Shown here piece after piece: positions 10,077-20,358 of a DNA stretch of 64,000 nucleotides. Source of the stretch: Dehalococcoidia bacterium. Its GTDB lineage: Bacteria > Chloroflexota > Dehalococcoidia > GIF9 > UBA5629. The notes below the pieces were generated by a model. The model worked only from the letters and a program-made list of their open reading frames with translations. It ran no database searches and was not told where the DNA came from. The stretch's first letter is position 1. Every line of letters starts with the position of its first letter. The DNA is taken from positions 256,001 to 320,000 of the forward strand of contig JBEKIW010000002.1 in NCBI GenBank assembly GCA_050011565.1, read 5' to 3'. A program made the translations under genes and the position numbers.

Positions 10077-10766
10077 TTAAAGGTTTTTCAAAAACTCTTC
10101 GATTGCCCGATTCACTTCTACAGGTTTTTCTAAAAAGCAGTGATGCGAGCCGCCTTCCACAACAACCAGCCTGGCGCCGACTATTTTATTGGCTAAATAT
10201 TGGGAATACTTGACCGGCGTCATGTCATCCTCGCCGCCGCAGATAACCAATGTGGGGACTGCAATTTGATTGACTTTATCCATTATGTCGAACCTGTCAC
10301 AGCACCTGAAATCGTTAAGTTGCACGGCAGCGCCTACCTTAACCACTCCGTTAATTATGTTCTCTCTTACTTCGGGAGCCACCCGGCTGTATGGTGGTTC
10401 AATTATATTTTTCAGCCACGGAGACGGCGCATTAATGCCGTCTTCAAGTAATTTAAGAAACTCCGGCCTTACCCTCAGCCTGGCTCCGGTATCAATCAAT
10501 ATAAGTGCCTTTACATCCTGGGGATAACTAAGTGCATACGCCTGGGCCACAGCACCGCCCATAGAATGCCCTGCAATTACAAGCTGTGAATGACCTTTTC
10601 GACGGACATAGTGATGAAGCCACTCGGCATACTGGTCGACGCTAGTACATAGTTTACCCTCAGGATGACCCGGGAGATTGATGGCTTCAGAATCGGTGAA
10701 GTGTTCAGTTTGGTAATGCCAGACCAAGCCGGTGTTGCCGGCGCCATTAATGAAGATGAGCTTCAT
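10077..10766 (-). CDS. Alpha/beta hydrolase
   Basis: LPGH, GHSMGG, C-terminal H..FLEKP. Confidence 0.85.
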   Translation of the reverse strand: MKLIFINGAGNTGLVWHYQTEHFTDSEAINLPGHPEGKLCTSVDQYAEWLHHYVRRKGHSQLVIAGHSMGGAVAQAYALSYPQDVKALILIDTGARLRVRPEFLKLLEDGINAPSPWLKNIIEPPYSRVAPEVRENIINGVVKVGAAVQLNDFRCCDRFDIMDKVNQIAVPTLVICGGEDDMTPVKYSQYLANKIVGARLVVVEGGSHHCFLEKPVEVNRAIEEFLKNL

Positions 10767-11368
10767 CCCAATACCTGCAAGACGCCCTGGCGAATCATTT
10801 TTATGGCAATTGCCGCCAGAAACAGACTGACTACCTTCGATGCAGCTCTAACGCCTCCTTGACCCAGGAAAGCCACCACCCGGTTAGCCTGCGTAAAAAG
10901 TAGCCAACCTATTGCCAGATTGATGACAAAAGAAATTACCACAATAATGATGGAGTACTGGTCGATTAGTATGAGTAAGGTAGTTAAGACTGCCGGCCCG
11001 ACTACTAGAGGGGTGCCTATGGGGACGATGCCCAGCATGTCACCGCCAACTGAAGCCTGAGCATCAACCATCTTGCCGGTGATTAAATCCTTGGCGGCCA
11101 GGAGAAACAGGATAATACCGCCGGCAACGAGGAAGTCAGATATCTGAATGCCTAAAAGCAGAAAAACACCCTTGCCGATAGCCACAAAGCCCAGGCCTAA
11201 TCCCAGGGCGGTAATTACCGCCAGGCGCACTGTTCGGCTGCGCTCCTTGGCCTTCATATCCCCTGTCAAGGGAACTAATATGGGCAAGACACCGACGGCA
11301 TCCATGGCCACAAAGAGAGGAACAAAGGTCAAGCCGAATTCTTGCAGAATATTTAATACTTTGTCCAT
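10763..11368 (-). CDS. MarC family membrane protein
   Basis: LFVAMDAVG, AGGIILF, VPIGTPLVVGPA. Confidence 0.88.
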   Translation of the reverse strand: MDKVLNILQEFGLTFVPLFVAMDAVGVLPILVPLTGDMKAKERSRTVRLAVITALGLGLGFVAIGKGVFLLLGIQISDFLVAGGIILFLLAAKDLITGKMVDAQASVGGDMLGIVPIGTPLVVGPAVLTTLLILIDQYSIIIVVISFVINLAIGWLLFTQANRVVAFLGQGGVRAASKVVSLFLAAIAIKMIRQGVLQVLG

Positions 11369-11392
11369 AGCCAGCAAATAGAAAGACGCCTA

Positions 11393-13852
11393 TTACTCAG
11401 CCTTAGTCTTGTCGGCTGCCTTACTATCCCCCTGTTGGACGCAGTCAATTGAGACTACGCTGTCATGCTCTTCCAGTGTCTTCAAATGCACGCCCTGGGT
11501 ATCCCTGCCCTGAAGCGAAACCTCATCATCAACGGAGATTCGGATGACGATACCACCAGCGGAAACAATAATGACATGCTGCTTTGGAGGTATAAGCTTA
11601 GCCGCTATAACCTTACCTGTCTTATCCGTGACCCTATGAGCATACACACCCTTGCCGCCCCGGGCTTGAAGAGGGAAATTCTTTGCCCGGCTGCGCTTAC
11701 CAAAGCCTTTCTCCGTAACCGTAAGTAGAGCCGCGTCTCGGAAGATAGCACCCATCGCTACCAGGCGGTCTCTGGGAGCAAGTCTAATACCGCGCACGCC
11801 GCCGCTGGTCCGTGATGCCGGTCGTAAGGCCTTCACAGCAAACCTGATGCCTTGCCCGTTTTGAGTTACTAAAATAATTTCGCCTTTTTGCGTTACTACG
11901 TCAGCCGCCACCAACTCCTCATCAGTCCGAAGCCTCATGGCAATAAGTCCGCTGCTCCTGACCGAAGCAAATTTGTCAAAACTGGTCTTCTTCACAATGC
12001 CTCTCGAGGTAGCCATTACCATAAACAGGCCGGGCACGAACTCCTTAATCACCACCAGGGCGGTTATCTGCTCCTTCGGGTCAATCGAAAGGAGGTTAGC
12101 CAAGGCTGTTCCTTTGGTAGCTCGCGACAAGTCCTGCGTGATATCGTAGCATCTGAGCCTGTAAACCTTACCTCGATTGGTAAATAGCAGCAAATTATCA
12201 TGCGTGTCAGCTACCACACAGTGCTTCACCATATCAGTTTCCCGGGTTACCATTCCCGTGACACCGACGCCGCCGCGGTGCTGCTTTTGATAAGTTGTAG
12301 CCGGTATTCTTTTAATGTACCCCTGTTCGCTAAGCGTAACAATCACATCCTGATGGGGAATCAGGTCTTCGTCCTGAAACTCTTCAGCCTCTTCACGTTT
12401 AATAGCAGTACGGCGCTGGTCGCCGTAAGTCGTTTTAAGGTCGGTGACATCCTGCTTAATCAGGAAAAGTATCTTCTTCGGGTTCGCCAGGAGGCCCTCG
12501 AGATAAGCGATATTCTTCACCACCTCGGTATACTCATCGACTATTTTTTTCTGCTCTAACTGTGCCAACCGGCGCAGCTGCATATCCAGAATCGCCTGAG
12601 CCTGAATTTGGGACAGCTTAAATTTCTCCATCAAGCTGGTTCGAGCTGAATCCGCCGTCTCCGCTTTTCGTATAGTCTGTATAACCGCATCCAGTTGGTC
12701 GAGCGCAATTCTGAACCCTTCCAGGATATGGGCTCGGTCCTTCGCCTTCTGGAGGTCAAACTGGGAACGGCGGGTGATGACCTCGCGACGGAAATCGATG
12801 TAGCAAGTCAAGGCTTCTTTAAGATTGATAACCCGAGGCTGACCATCAACCAGAGCCAGCATATTAATAAAGAAGGCGGACCGCATGGAAGTATATTTGT
12901 ACAGGTTGTTACAAATCTTGGTAGGTTGAGCATCTTTTCGCAGCCCAATAACTATCCTCATGCCGTGTCTGTCAGATTCATCGCGAACATCGCTTATCCC
13001 CTCAATCCTTCTCTCCCTGGCCAGGTCAGCTATCCTTTCTACCAGAGTGGCTTTGTTCGTTTGATAAGGAAGTTCGGATATTATCAATTGCTGGCGGCCG
13101 CCTCTTAGAGTTTCATCGGTAACTTTAGCCTGAACTACAATCTTGCCTTGCCCGCTGGCATAAGCGCTCTTGATGCCCTGCCGGCCCAAAATAATTCCTC
13201 CCGTAGGGAAATCCGGGCCCTTCACAATCTTCATTAAATCATCTACATCAGCCTCGGGGTCGCTTATAAGATAGCTAATGGCATCGCATATCTCGCTTAA
13301 GTTGTGAGGCGGTATATTGGTAGCCATACCCACGGCGATGCCTGACGAGCCATTCACCATCAGATTTGGCATTCTGGCCGGTAAGACCGTTGGTTCCTTT
13401 AAGCTATCGTCGAAATTGGGCATGAAGTCGACTGTTTCTTTGTCGATATCGATCAACATTTCTTCGGCAATTTTTGACAGCCGCGCTTCGGTGTAACGCA
13501 TAGCCGCTGGCGGGTCATCGTCCATACTGCCGAAATTGCCCTGCCCGTCAACAAGCGTATATCGCATGGAAAAATCTTGCGCCATTCTGACCATAGATTC
13601 GTATATAGGCGCGTCCCCGTGAGGATGATATTTACCCATCACATCACCAACTATACGAGCGCTCTTCTTATAGGAACTGTTATGACGAAGGCTGAGTCCA
13701 TCCATACCATAGAGTATCCGCCTATGAACCGGCTTCAAGCCATCGCGTACGTCCGGCAAGGCTCGCGAAACAATAACACTCATAGCGTAGTCGAGGTAGG
13801 AGCTCTTCATCTCCTCTTCAATAATTACTGGTTTAACTACTCCGACTTCCAT
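11393..13852 (-). CDS. gyrA: DNA gyrase subunit A
   Basis: [25 protein letters not shown], GyrA-box QHRGGVG. Confidence 0.97.
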   Translation of the reverse strand: MEVGVVKPVIIEEEMKSSYLDYAMSVIVSRALPDVRDGLKPVHRRILYGMDGLSLRHNSSYKKSARIVGDVMGKYHPHGDAPIYESMVRMAQDFSMRYTLVDGQGNFGSMDDDPPAAMRYTEARLSKIAEEMLIDIDKETVDFMPNFDDSLKEPTVLPARMPNLMVNGSSGIAVGMATNIPPHNLSEICDAISYLISDPEADVDDLMKIVKGPDFPTGGIILGRQGIKSAYASGQGKIVVQAKVTDETLRGGRQQLIISELPYQTNKATLVERIADLARERRIEGISDVRDESDRHGMRIVIGLRKDAQPTKICNNLYKYTSMRSAFFINMLALVDGQPRVINLKEALTCYIDFRREVITRRSQFDLQKAKDRAHILEGFRIALDQLDAVIQTIRKAETADSARTSLMEKFKLSQIQAQAILDMQLRRLAQLEQKKIVDEYTEVVKNIAYLEGLLANPKKILFLIKQDVTDLKTTYGDQRRTAIKREEAEEFQDEDLIPHQDVIVTLSEQGYIKRIPATTYQKQHRGGVGVTGMVTRETDMVKHCVVADTHDNLLLFTNRGKVYRLRCYDITQDLSRATKGTALANLLSIDPKEQITALVVIKEFVPGLFMVMATSRGIVKKTSFDKFASVRSSGLIAMRLRTDEELVAADVVTQKGEIILVTQNGQGIRFAVKALRPASRTSGGVRGIRLAPRDRLVAMGAIFRDAALLTVTEKGFGKRSRAKNFPLQARGGKGVYAHRVTDKTGKVIAAKLIPPKQHVIIVSAGGIVIRISVDDEVSLQGRDTQGVHLKTLEEHDSVVSIDCVQQGDSKAADKTKAE

Positions 13853-13856
13853 TCAA

Positions 13857-14699
13857 TTACTCCTCTTCGATAAACTCTTCTTCTTCTATCGCCGGTTCCT
13901 CATCAGTGGCGACCCCTTCGAATATGGAAAAGCCTTCAGGTATGAGTTCACCCTCATCCAGCTCGGCATACTCCCCTTCCTCCAGAGCTTCCTCTTCCAC
14001 AGCCTCATGTCGCAGCAAAGTATCTTTAACATGTGGTTGAAAGCCTTCAACAGCCTTGACTGGGAAGGAAAGCCGCCCGACCTGACTGGGATGCTGAAAT
14101 GTCTCCCTGATAATAACCCTGGCGTTATTGGTATCAATTTTGACAATGGCCGCGACATACTTATTACCGCCTTCTATCAACCTGGCGAGACGAAGGCCAT
14201 GGGGTGGCTCAACCAGCCCCAGGTACTCTCCCTGCTCGTTTTCTACGACAAGCTGCCGGCCCCTGACCTTCAAATAAACCTGGTTGCCCGCAGCCATTTT
14301 AGCCAGTACCTCTTTGGGCGCCAGGTCCTTAAGATTTACGACACCGGCCTTGCCCATTTCGCCGATAAAAAGGTCCGGGGAGGCCTCGCGGCGTTCTTCC
14401 TTTACGCTGACCTTGGAGTCACGCAACAACGACAGCCGCTGTAAATTTCTTTGAGCGATAGAATTGTAAGGGTCAAGTTCAATAGTACGGCTGTAGGCTT
14501 CTTTAGCTTTGGCGAATTCGCCCAACTCCGTATATGCCCTACCCAACCGGTTGTAGGCATCTATATCTGTAGGGAAAAGGTCAATTATGCTCTGATTGAC
14601 GGTAACTGCTTCCTGCCATCTACTCTGCATTGCCAGAGCAATAGCCTCTTGACTCGCTTTCCGTCTAAGCCTAGCCTTATCTTCTTCACGGTCAGGCAT
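13857..14699 (-). CDS. TPR-repeat protein with acidic C-terminus
   Basis: AYNRLGRAY..LGEFAKAKEAY..IELDPYN TPR. Confidence 0.8.
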   Translation of the reverse strand: MPDREEDKARLRRKASQEAIALAMQSRWQEAVTVNQSIIDLFPTDIDAYNRLGRAYTELGEFAKAKEAYSRTIELDPYNSIAQRNLQRLSLLRDSKVSVKEERREASPDLFIGEMGKAGVVNLKDLAPKEVLAKMAAGNQVYLKVRGRQLVVENEQGEYLGLVEPPHGLRLARLIEGGNKYVAAIVKIDTNNARVIIRETFQHPSQVGRLSFPVKAVEGFQPHVKDTLLRHEAVEEEALEEGEYAELDEGELIPEGFSIFEGVATDEEPAIEEEEFIEEE

Positions 14700-14922
14700 T
14701 TTTATACCCCCTGCAATTGCCGTGCCAACTCATGTCTGTAACACTCCATTTACCTGTGCCATATCCTGATGCAATCATATTATTTTACAGTAGTCACTGT
14801 GGCAAAAAAAGCGAGACTTGTCAAGTGTCTAAAGCCCAATCACAAATAAATTTTTGACAAAAAAGGTTCATTATGTTAGCCTACTAATCTAGGAAATACA
14901 AGCGAAAGCAAAAGGGGAATCT

Positions 14923-15141
14923 GTGAGAGACAAAGTGCAAACCGTGCTGGATAATATTCGACCGAGCCTCCGTGCCGATGGAGGGGATATAGAACTTGTT
15001 GACGTTAAAGATGGCATTGTTAGTGTGAAACTTAAGGGAGCGTGCGCCGGCTGCCCTATGTCAACTATGACCCTTAAGAACGGCATTGAGCGAATACTAA
15101 AGCAAGAGTTATCCGACGTAAAAGAAGTTATCGCTGTCTAG
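14923..15141 (+). CDS. NifU/NfuA C-terminal domain Fe-S carrier
   Basis: IRPSLRADGGDIELV..GACAGCP. Confidence 0.9.
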   Translation: MRDKVQTVLDNIRPSLRADGGDIELVDVKDGIVSVKLKGACAGCPMSTMTLKNGIERILKQELSDVKEVIAV

Positions 15142-15143
15142 CG

Positions 15144-16367
15144 TTAACTTTCCCCGTATTCCAGGGCAAACGCCTTGTGTAATGCCTTAATAGCGTCCTT
15201 CGCTCTATCCTCCGCAATAATGCAGGTTATCTTTATTTCAGAAGTGGTGATGAGCTGTATATTTATGCTCTGTTCAGAAAGAGCCCGAAACATCCCCGAC
15301 GCATAGCCCGGCGTGTTCTGCATTCCAGTGCCCACTATGCTGATTTTAGCCAGCGTCGAATCGCTGACGCAGTCCTTGGCCCCGATAGACTTAGCTATAG
15401 GTTTAATCAGAGACATGGCCTTATCTAAATCGCCTCTAGCTACGGTGAAGGTTAAATCAGTAATTTTATTGATGCTGGCATTTTGAACGATAGTATCCAC
15501 ACTTATGTTTGCTTTAGCTAACAGTTCGAAGACTGCTGAAGCTATCCCCGGCCGGTCGGGAACACCGACTATAGTGACCTTGGCCACATTAAGGTCGTGA
15601 GCAATACCCCGCACTTTGTTTCTTACTTCCATTGGAATCCCTCCATGAATGATAGTACCAGGCTTATCATTGAAGCTGGAAGCCACCAGTATGGGCATAT
15701 TATAAACCTGGCCCAGCTCCACCGCCCGTGAATGCATCACTTTGGCACCTAAGGTCGCCAGCTCCAGCATTTCCTCATAGCCGATTTCCTTAAGTTTGTG
15801 GGCTTCCGGCACAATATGAGGGTCCGCTGTAAACACACCCTCGACATCCGTGTAAATCTCGCATATTTGTGCTTTGAGAGCCGCAGCCAGAGCTACAGCC
15901 GTGGTATCCGAACCGCCTCGACCGAGGGTGGTAATATCCTTATCTTTGGTTATCCCTTGAAATCCGGCGACAATGACAATATTGCCTTTCTCCAATTCTT
16001 TAACAATTCGCTTTGGCTCAATATGCGTTATGCGAGCTTTGCTGTAGACAGCATCGGTCTCTATGCCCGCCTGGGGACCGCTCAAGCTCACCGCTTTATA
16101 GCCCATGTTATGCAACGCCATAGCCATTAGGGTGCTGGAAACTATTTCGCCGGTGGACAATAAAACATCGAGCTCGCGCTCCTGCGGCTTAGGATTAATC
16201 TTCCTGGCCAGCTGAATCAGTTCATCAGTAGTTTTGCCCATGGCGGAGACGACCACCACCACCTCGTTCCCCTTTTTCTTGGTCTCAGCTATGCGCCGAG
16301 CCACGTTGTTTAGCTTGTCGGCATCAGCTACCGAGCTACCGCCATATTTTTGAACTACCAGCGCCAT
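15144..16367 (-). CDS. lysC: Aspartate kinase
   Basis: [16 protein letters not shown], two ACT domains. Confidence 0.95.
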   Translation of the reverse strand: MALVVQKYGGSSVADADKLNNVARRIAETKKKGNEVVVVVSAMGKTTDELIQLARKINPKPQERELDVLLSTGEIVSSTLMAMALHNMGYKAVSLSGPQAGIETDAVYSKARITHIEPKRIVKELEKGNIVIVAGFQGITKDKDITTLGRGGSDTTAVALAAALKAQICEIYTDVEGVFTADPHIVPEAHKLKEIGYEEMLELATLGAKVMHSRAVELGQVYNMPILVASSFNDKPGTIIHGGIPMEVRNKVRGIAHDLNVAKVTIVGVPDRPGIASAVFELLAKANISVDTIVQNASINKITDLTFTVARGDLDKAMSLIKPIAKSIGAKDCVSDSTLAKISIVGTGMQNTPGYASGMFRALSEQSINIQLITTSEIKITCIIAEDRAKDAIKALHKAFALEYGES

Positions 16368-16415
16368 TTTTCCTCCTGCTTATTCTAAACCATCTAAAAG
16401 CTGTTTTCCACCTGT

Positions 16416-17612
16416 CTATGTTCGTGTCAGCTTATTCATAATTTTATACCCGTCGTCGATAAAAATGCCAGCGTTTTTAGCCTCGGCCTCGGTGAATTTT
16501 TTAGCCCCGTTCGAGTCAAACCCGGAACCCCAGAGCATAAACGGCACCGGCTCATCGGTATGAGTCTGAATCTTTATCGGCGTCGGATGGTCGGGCAATA
16601 CCAGAACTCGAAGTTCGCCCGGATTCGAGGAGCGTATCCGTCTGACAACTTCTTTATCTATTATCTGCAGAGCCTCTACTTTATCATCAATTAAACCGGC
16701 GTGAGCCGCCTCGTCCGGTGACTCGATGTGTATAACAACTAAATCATACTTCTCCAGCGCCTTTAAAGCTCCGTTGGCTTGAGCCACGTAATCGTTATCC
16801 GGACCATCGGTAACGCCGGGAATATCCAGAACCTTCATCTCCGCCATTTGAGCCAGTCCGCGGAGAAGGTCTACACCGGATGTCATAGCCGCATTAAGAC
16901 CGTATGCTTTCTTGAAAGGCGGCATCTCCGGTATTCTGCCGCTGCCCCAGAATAGCCAGATCATGGTCGCCGGGATATCGCCGCGAGCTTTCCGCTCCAC
17001 ATTTACCGGATGCCCCTTAAGCACAGCTTTGGAGTTTTCCATGAGGTCTAGTAACAGTTCGCTGCCCGCGCCCCGTGGCAGAAAGTCGGCGATTGGCTTA
17101 TCCGGTATATCATGCGGCGGGGTGCAGTTAGCCATAAGTACGTCCTCCCGCCCTTTTATCTTGCATATATGGCGATATCGAACGCCGGGATAAAAATGTA
17201 TTTCGTCGCTGCCAAGCTTTTCATTCAAGGCAGCAATAAGGACATGCGCTTCGTCTGTGTCGATATGTCCTGAGCTATAGCTCCACATCTTTCCGTCACG
17301 AACCGCGACCAGATTGCAGCGAAATACGACCTCATTGTCGGCGACGGGAATACCCATGCTCTTAGCCTCGATACCGCTCCTCCCCCTGTAATATACCTTC
17401 GGGTCGTAACCAAGCACCGACATGCAGGCACAAGCGCTGCTCGGCTCCATTCCCTGCGGCACAGTACGGACCAGCCTAACGACACCTTCCTGCGCCATGG
17501 CATTCAGATTCGGTATACGTGCCAACTCCAGACAGGTCTTGCCGCCGCGTTCAGGCAATGGCCAACCGGCAGCGCCGTCAATTATTAAAACGCAGTACTT
17601 CATTGCAGCCAT
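16416..17612 (-). CDS. apgM: Cofactor-independent phosphoglycerate mutase (ApgM family; members beside Asp-pathway genes are also proposed homoserine kinases)
   Basis: IIDGAA, FRCNLV, HIESPDEAAH, PDHPTP. Confidence 0.8.
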   Translation of the reverse strand: MAAMKYCVLIIDGAAGWPLPERGGKTCLELARIPNLNAMAQEGVVRLVRTVPQGMEPSSACACMSVLGYDPKVYYRGRSGIEAKSMGIPVADNEVVFRCNLVAVRDGKMWSYSSGHIDTDEAHVLIAALNEKLGSDEIHFYPGVRYRHICKIKGREDVLMANCTPPHDIPDKPIADFLPRGAGSELLLDLMENSKAVLKGHPVNVERKARGDIPATMIWLFWGSGRIPEMPPFKKAYGLNAAMTSGVDLLRGLAQMAEMKVLDIPGVTDGPDNDYVAQANGALKALEKYDLVVIHIESPDEAAHAGLIDDKVEALQIIDKEVVRRIRSSNPGELRVLVLPDHPTPIKIQTHTDEPVPFMLWGSGFDSNGAKKFTEAEAKNAGIFIDDGYKIMNKLTRT

Positions 17613-17679
17613 TATTTCCCCTCACTCGACCGGAGAGGATTAAGGTGAGGGTGAAAAAACACTATCTAGTTTACAATGC

Positions 17680-17708
17680 TTGCCCCAAAAGTTAAAGCCG
17701 CTTATAAT
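17680..17708 (+). promoter_or_regulatory. tRNA promoter
   Basis: TTGCCC-17bp-TATAAT followed by GC-rich discriminator GCGGCGG. Confidence 0.65.
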
Positions 17709-17717
17709 AAGCGGCGG

Positions 17718-17791
17718 CGGGGCGTAGCGCAGTCTGGTAGCGCGCAGCGTTCGGGACGCTGAGGTCGGAGGTTCGAACCCTCTCGCCCCGA
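17718..17791 (+). tRNA. tRNA-Pro(CGG)
   Basis: CGGGGCG/CGCCCCG acceptor stem, CAGCG-TTCGGGA-CGCTG anticodon arm, GGTTCGAA T-loop; no encoded CCA. Confidence 0.95.
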
Positions 17792-17916
17792 CATTCAAAA
17801 CTGTGTTAATCCCTGTCTTCTAGCTCTCATATATTCCCTCATATAAGTTCTGTATTCCTTAGTGTCTTTTTTGGCATTTTCCCTAACCTTTTTTTCTTTT
17901 TCCTGCTAAGGTAAGG

Positions 17917-18264
17917 TTAGTCCGTCTTTTTGTCTACTAGGTAAGCGTCTAAAGCTTCGGTTACTACGTCTTTAATCTGCCTCCTATCCCAATAAGCAGC
18001 TCTTTTTACCTTGTGTACCAAGTCCTGACGCAGGATAAAAGTAGCTCTAGTCCAGCCTTTTGGCAATCCTTTAGATGATGTAGAGGTACTAATAACAGAC
18101 ACGTGGGGGATATTTACTCCACCACTTACTTTAATACGTGGTTTTGCCTTAACTATTGTTGGCTTTGAAGTAGAAGTAAGTGTAGTCGCTTGCTCTACAA
18201 CTGGCGTAAAAATCTTATCTAAGCCACTTTGAGCAAAAGGGTCTCTGCCTAACCTACGCTCCAT
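17917..18264 (-). CDS. Putative centromere-binding protein (ribbon-helix-helix, ParG/omega-like)
   Basis: Overlaps parA stop; N-terminal RRLGRDP..GL, low-complexity linker, C-terminal RATFILRQDLVHKVKRAAYWDRRQIKDVVTEALDAYL with beta-alpha-alpha pattern. Confidence 0.7.
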   Translation of the reverse strand: MERRLGRDPFAQSGLDKIFTPVVEQATTLTSTSKPTIVKAKPRIKVSGGVNIPHVSVISTSTSSKGLPKGWTRATFILRQDLVHKVKRAAYWDRRQIKDVVTEALDAYLVDKKTD

Positions 18265-19021
18265 AATGCACCTCCATCTGTACTACTCTCTGAGCTAGAG
18301 CCATAAAATCCTGAGCACCTAGGCTATTTGGTCTGTATGCTAGAATATCCCAGCCTCTTGATGGTGCTTCTGCTAGGCTTATACAATCCCGAATCACGCC
18401 TAGAATTTTGCCTGGAAAATGCTCCTCTACTTTCGCAATAACCTCTCTGTTCAAAATACGCCTCTGGTCGTACATTGTACCTATAATTCCCGTTATTTCT
18501 ATGTTGCTATTAAGTCGCTTTTTAACACGTTCTACAATCTCTACCAGTCTCGCCATGCCTTGCATGCTTAAAAATTCAGCTTGCATAGGTACAAAAACCT
18601 CCCTTGCAGCGGTAAGGGCATTAACCACTATCATACCTAGACTTGGTGGACAGTCGAATAGTATATAGTCAAAGCTATTGACGCCGGACACAATCTCCTT
18701 TAATAACACCTGACTACCTACTTCGTTAGCCATTTCCACGTCAAAACCAGCCAGTTTAGGGCTTGCGGGTACAACAAATAAGTTGGTATTGAGCTGCCGC
18801 CACATAGCAGCATCCAGCTTAGCCTCTCCACGTAAGACCTCATATATGCTCTCTTTTACTTGGTCGGGTGGTATACCAAAACTAGAAGTCAAAGCCATTT
18901 GCTGGTCCAGGTCAAATAAAAGACACTTTTTGCCAAGGCTAACCAAGGCAGCTCCTAGGTTTAAAGTACATGTCGTTTTTCCTACCCCACCTTTTTCATT
19001 GGTCAAAGATATTATTCTCAA
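18254..19021 (-). CDS. parA: ParA/Soj family ATPase
   Basis: Deviant Walker A KGGVGKTT, DLDQQ, FDCPPSLG, LAEAPS; TTG start with GGAGGT RBS. Confidence 0.93.
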   Translation of the reverse strand: MRIISLTNEKGGVGKTTCTLNLGAALVSLGKKCLLFDLDQQMALTSSFGIPPDQVKESIYEVLRGEAKLDAAMWRQLNTNLFVVPASPKLAGFDVEMANEVGSQVLLKEIVSGVNSFDYILFDCPPSLGMIVVNALTAAREVFVPMQAEFLSMQGMARLVEIVERVKKRLNSNIEITGIIGTMYDQRRILNREVIAKVEEHFPGKILGVIRDCISLAEAPSRGWDILAYRPNSLGAQDFMALAQRVVQMEVHYGA

Positions 19022-19034
19022 TAAATACCTCCTT

Positions 19035-19115
19035 ATCGTTTACTTCGTTTACTCTGTTTACTTCATTTACTATGTTTACCTTGTATACTTTGTTTACCAT
19101 GTAAACTCAGTATAC
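19035..19115. repeat. Nine tandem 9-bp repeats (nnnGTWWAC), putative centromere/operator
   Basis: atcgtttac ttcgtttac tctgtttac ttcatttac tatgtttac cttgtatac tttgtttac catgtaaac tcagtatac. Confidence 0.85.
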
Positions 19116-19137
19116 TATTTTAAAATACAAATGTCAA
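19109..19137 (-). promoter_or_regulatory. sigma70 promoter of the par operon, -10 overlapped by the repeat array
   Basis: Minus strand TTGACA-17bp-TATACT. Confidence 0.75.
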
Positions 19138-19398
19138 GATGCCAGAACAATTAAGACCTGTAGGAATTGAGTATGCTCTGAGGAGTTAGTTATAGGTAGC
19201 ACAGTAACTGCCTGAAATGCCTTTCAATCGTAATTTGACTGAAGTCTGTTAATCCCCTGGTATTGATTCTATCTGTGAGATACCAGTTTGATACCTTAGC
19301 CAAGTTGTTTTTTGTTAATCCCGACATGCTTTTTAGCTTCATTTTTAAGCATTCGGGACGCTGAGGTCGGAGGTTCGAACCCTCTCGCCCCGACCAGC

Positions 19399-20172
19399 TT
19401 ATCCTATCCTCTGTTTGGCCTCTTCCCACAGGGCATTCTGCTCGTCAAGAGACAGGCTGGCTAAGTCGAGGCCGCGCTCGCGGCAGACTTCCTCCATGTG
19501 GGCGAAGCGGCGATAGAAACGCTGATTAGCCGAGCGTAGCGCTATCTCCAGGTCTATATCCAACCGGCGAGCAATATTTGCCAAAGTAAAAAGCAAATCA
19601 CCGAACTCGTTGGCTTTTTCCTGCTGGTTAGGAGCCTGTTTAATTTCGGCCACCTCCTCGGCCAGCTTATCTATGATTTCCTCCACCTTATCCCAATCGA
19701 AGCCCACCCCCGCCACCCGTCGCTGCATCGATTGGCTGTAGGCCAGTGCCGGCATCTGCTCCGGCATGCCGGCTAAAATCGATTCTCCCTCCCGTTCCTC
19801 TTGCTTCAAAGCTTCCCAGTTTTGCTCCACCTCCACGACGTCCTTCACTTTCTGACTGCCGAAGACATGCGGATGACGATGGATTAATTTGTGGCTTATA
19901 CCGCGGACGACATCATCAACATCGAACTGTCCCGACTCAGCCGCGATTTGGGCATGGAGCATAATCTGCAGCAGGAGGTCACCTAACTCGTCGCGGAGCT
20001 TTTCTGGAACGCCTTCGTCCAGAGTCTGCAGGACCTCGTAGGATTCTTCAACCAAAAATGGTCTTAGCGAGGCGTGCGTTTGTTTCTTATCCCAGGGACA
20101 GCCGTCCGGGCCGCGCAGCCTGGCAATAATTTCTTTGAGCGCCGTAAAACTGTCCGATTCTTTCTTAGGCAA
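19399..20172 (-). CDS. mazG: Nucleoside triphosphate pyrophosphohydrolase MazG
   Basis: LRGPDGCPWD, ELGDLLLQ, RHPHVF, GFDW. Confidence 0.95.
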   Translation of the reverse strand: MPKKESDSFTALKEIIARLRGPDGCPWDKKQTHASLRPFLVEESYEVLQTLDEGVPEKLRDELGDLLLQIMLHAQIAAESGQFDVDDVVRGISHKLIHRHPHVFGSQKVKDVVEVEQNWEALKQEEREGESILAGMPEQMPALAYSQSMQRRVAGVGFDWDKVEEIIDKLAEEVAEIKQAPNQQEKANEFGDLLFTLANIARRLDIDLEIALRSANQRFYRRFAHMEEVCRERGLDLASLSLDEQNALWEEAKQRIG

Positions 20173-20305
20173 AATTGACCCCGGCTAGAACCTATTTCGA
20201 CGCCATTATAATAAGGTAGTTATCAATTAGCAATTAGGTTGGTTTTGTTCCCCCTCACTCTAACTCTCTCCCGCCGGGGGAGAGAGAAATAAAAGGATAA
20301 TAATA

Positions 20306-20335
20306 AACCCTCTGAAAAAGGTGCTTCAGAGGGTT
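20306..20335 (-). terminator. Probable intrinsic terminator
   Basis: AACCCTCTGAA/TTCAGAGGGTT inverted repeat with AT-rich tail, downstream of the peptidase gene. Confidence 0.55.
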
Positions 20336-20358
20336 AGTGCAAAGCAGCAGAAAGACGC

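Larger units (their letters stand above)
17750..19394. mobile_element. 1.6 kb tRNA-Pro-integrated element bounded by 43-bp direct repeats; no intact integrase
   Basis: Identical TTCGGGACGCTGAGGTCGGAGGTTCGAACCCTCTCGCCCCGAC at 17750-17792 and 19352-19394; AT-rich interior. Confidence 0.9.

Noticed and set aside
16368-16415. Lysine riboswitch or T-box before lysC
   Set aside because: Intergenic gap is under 50 bp, too short.
18783-19154. + strand ORF with (Y/F)V repeats
   Set aside because: Antisense to parA; its periodicity is just the translated 9-bp array.
19352-19396. Second tRNA-Pro gene
   Set aside because: 3' half only; this is the attR duplication.
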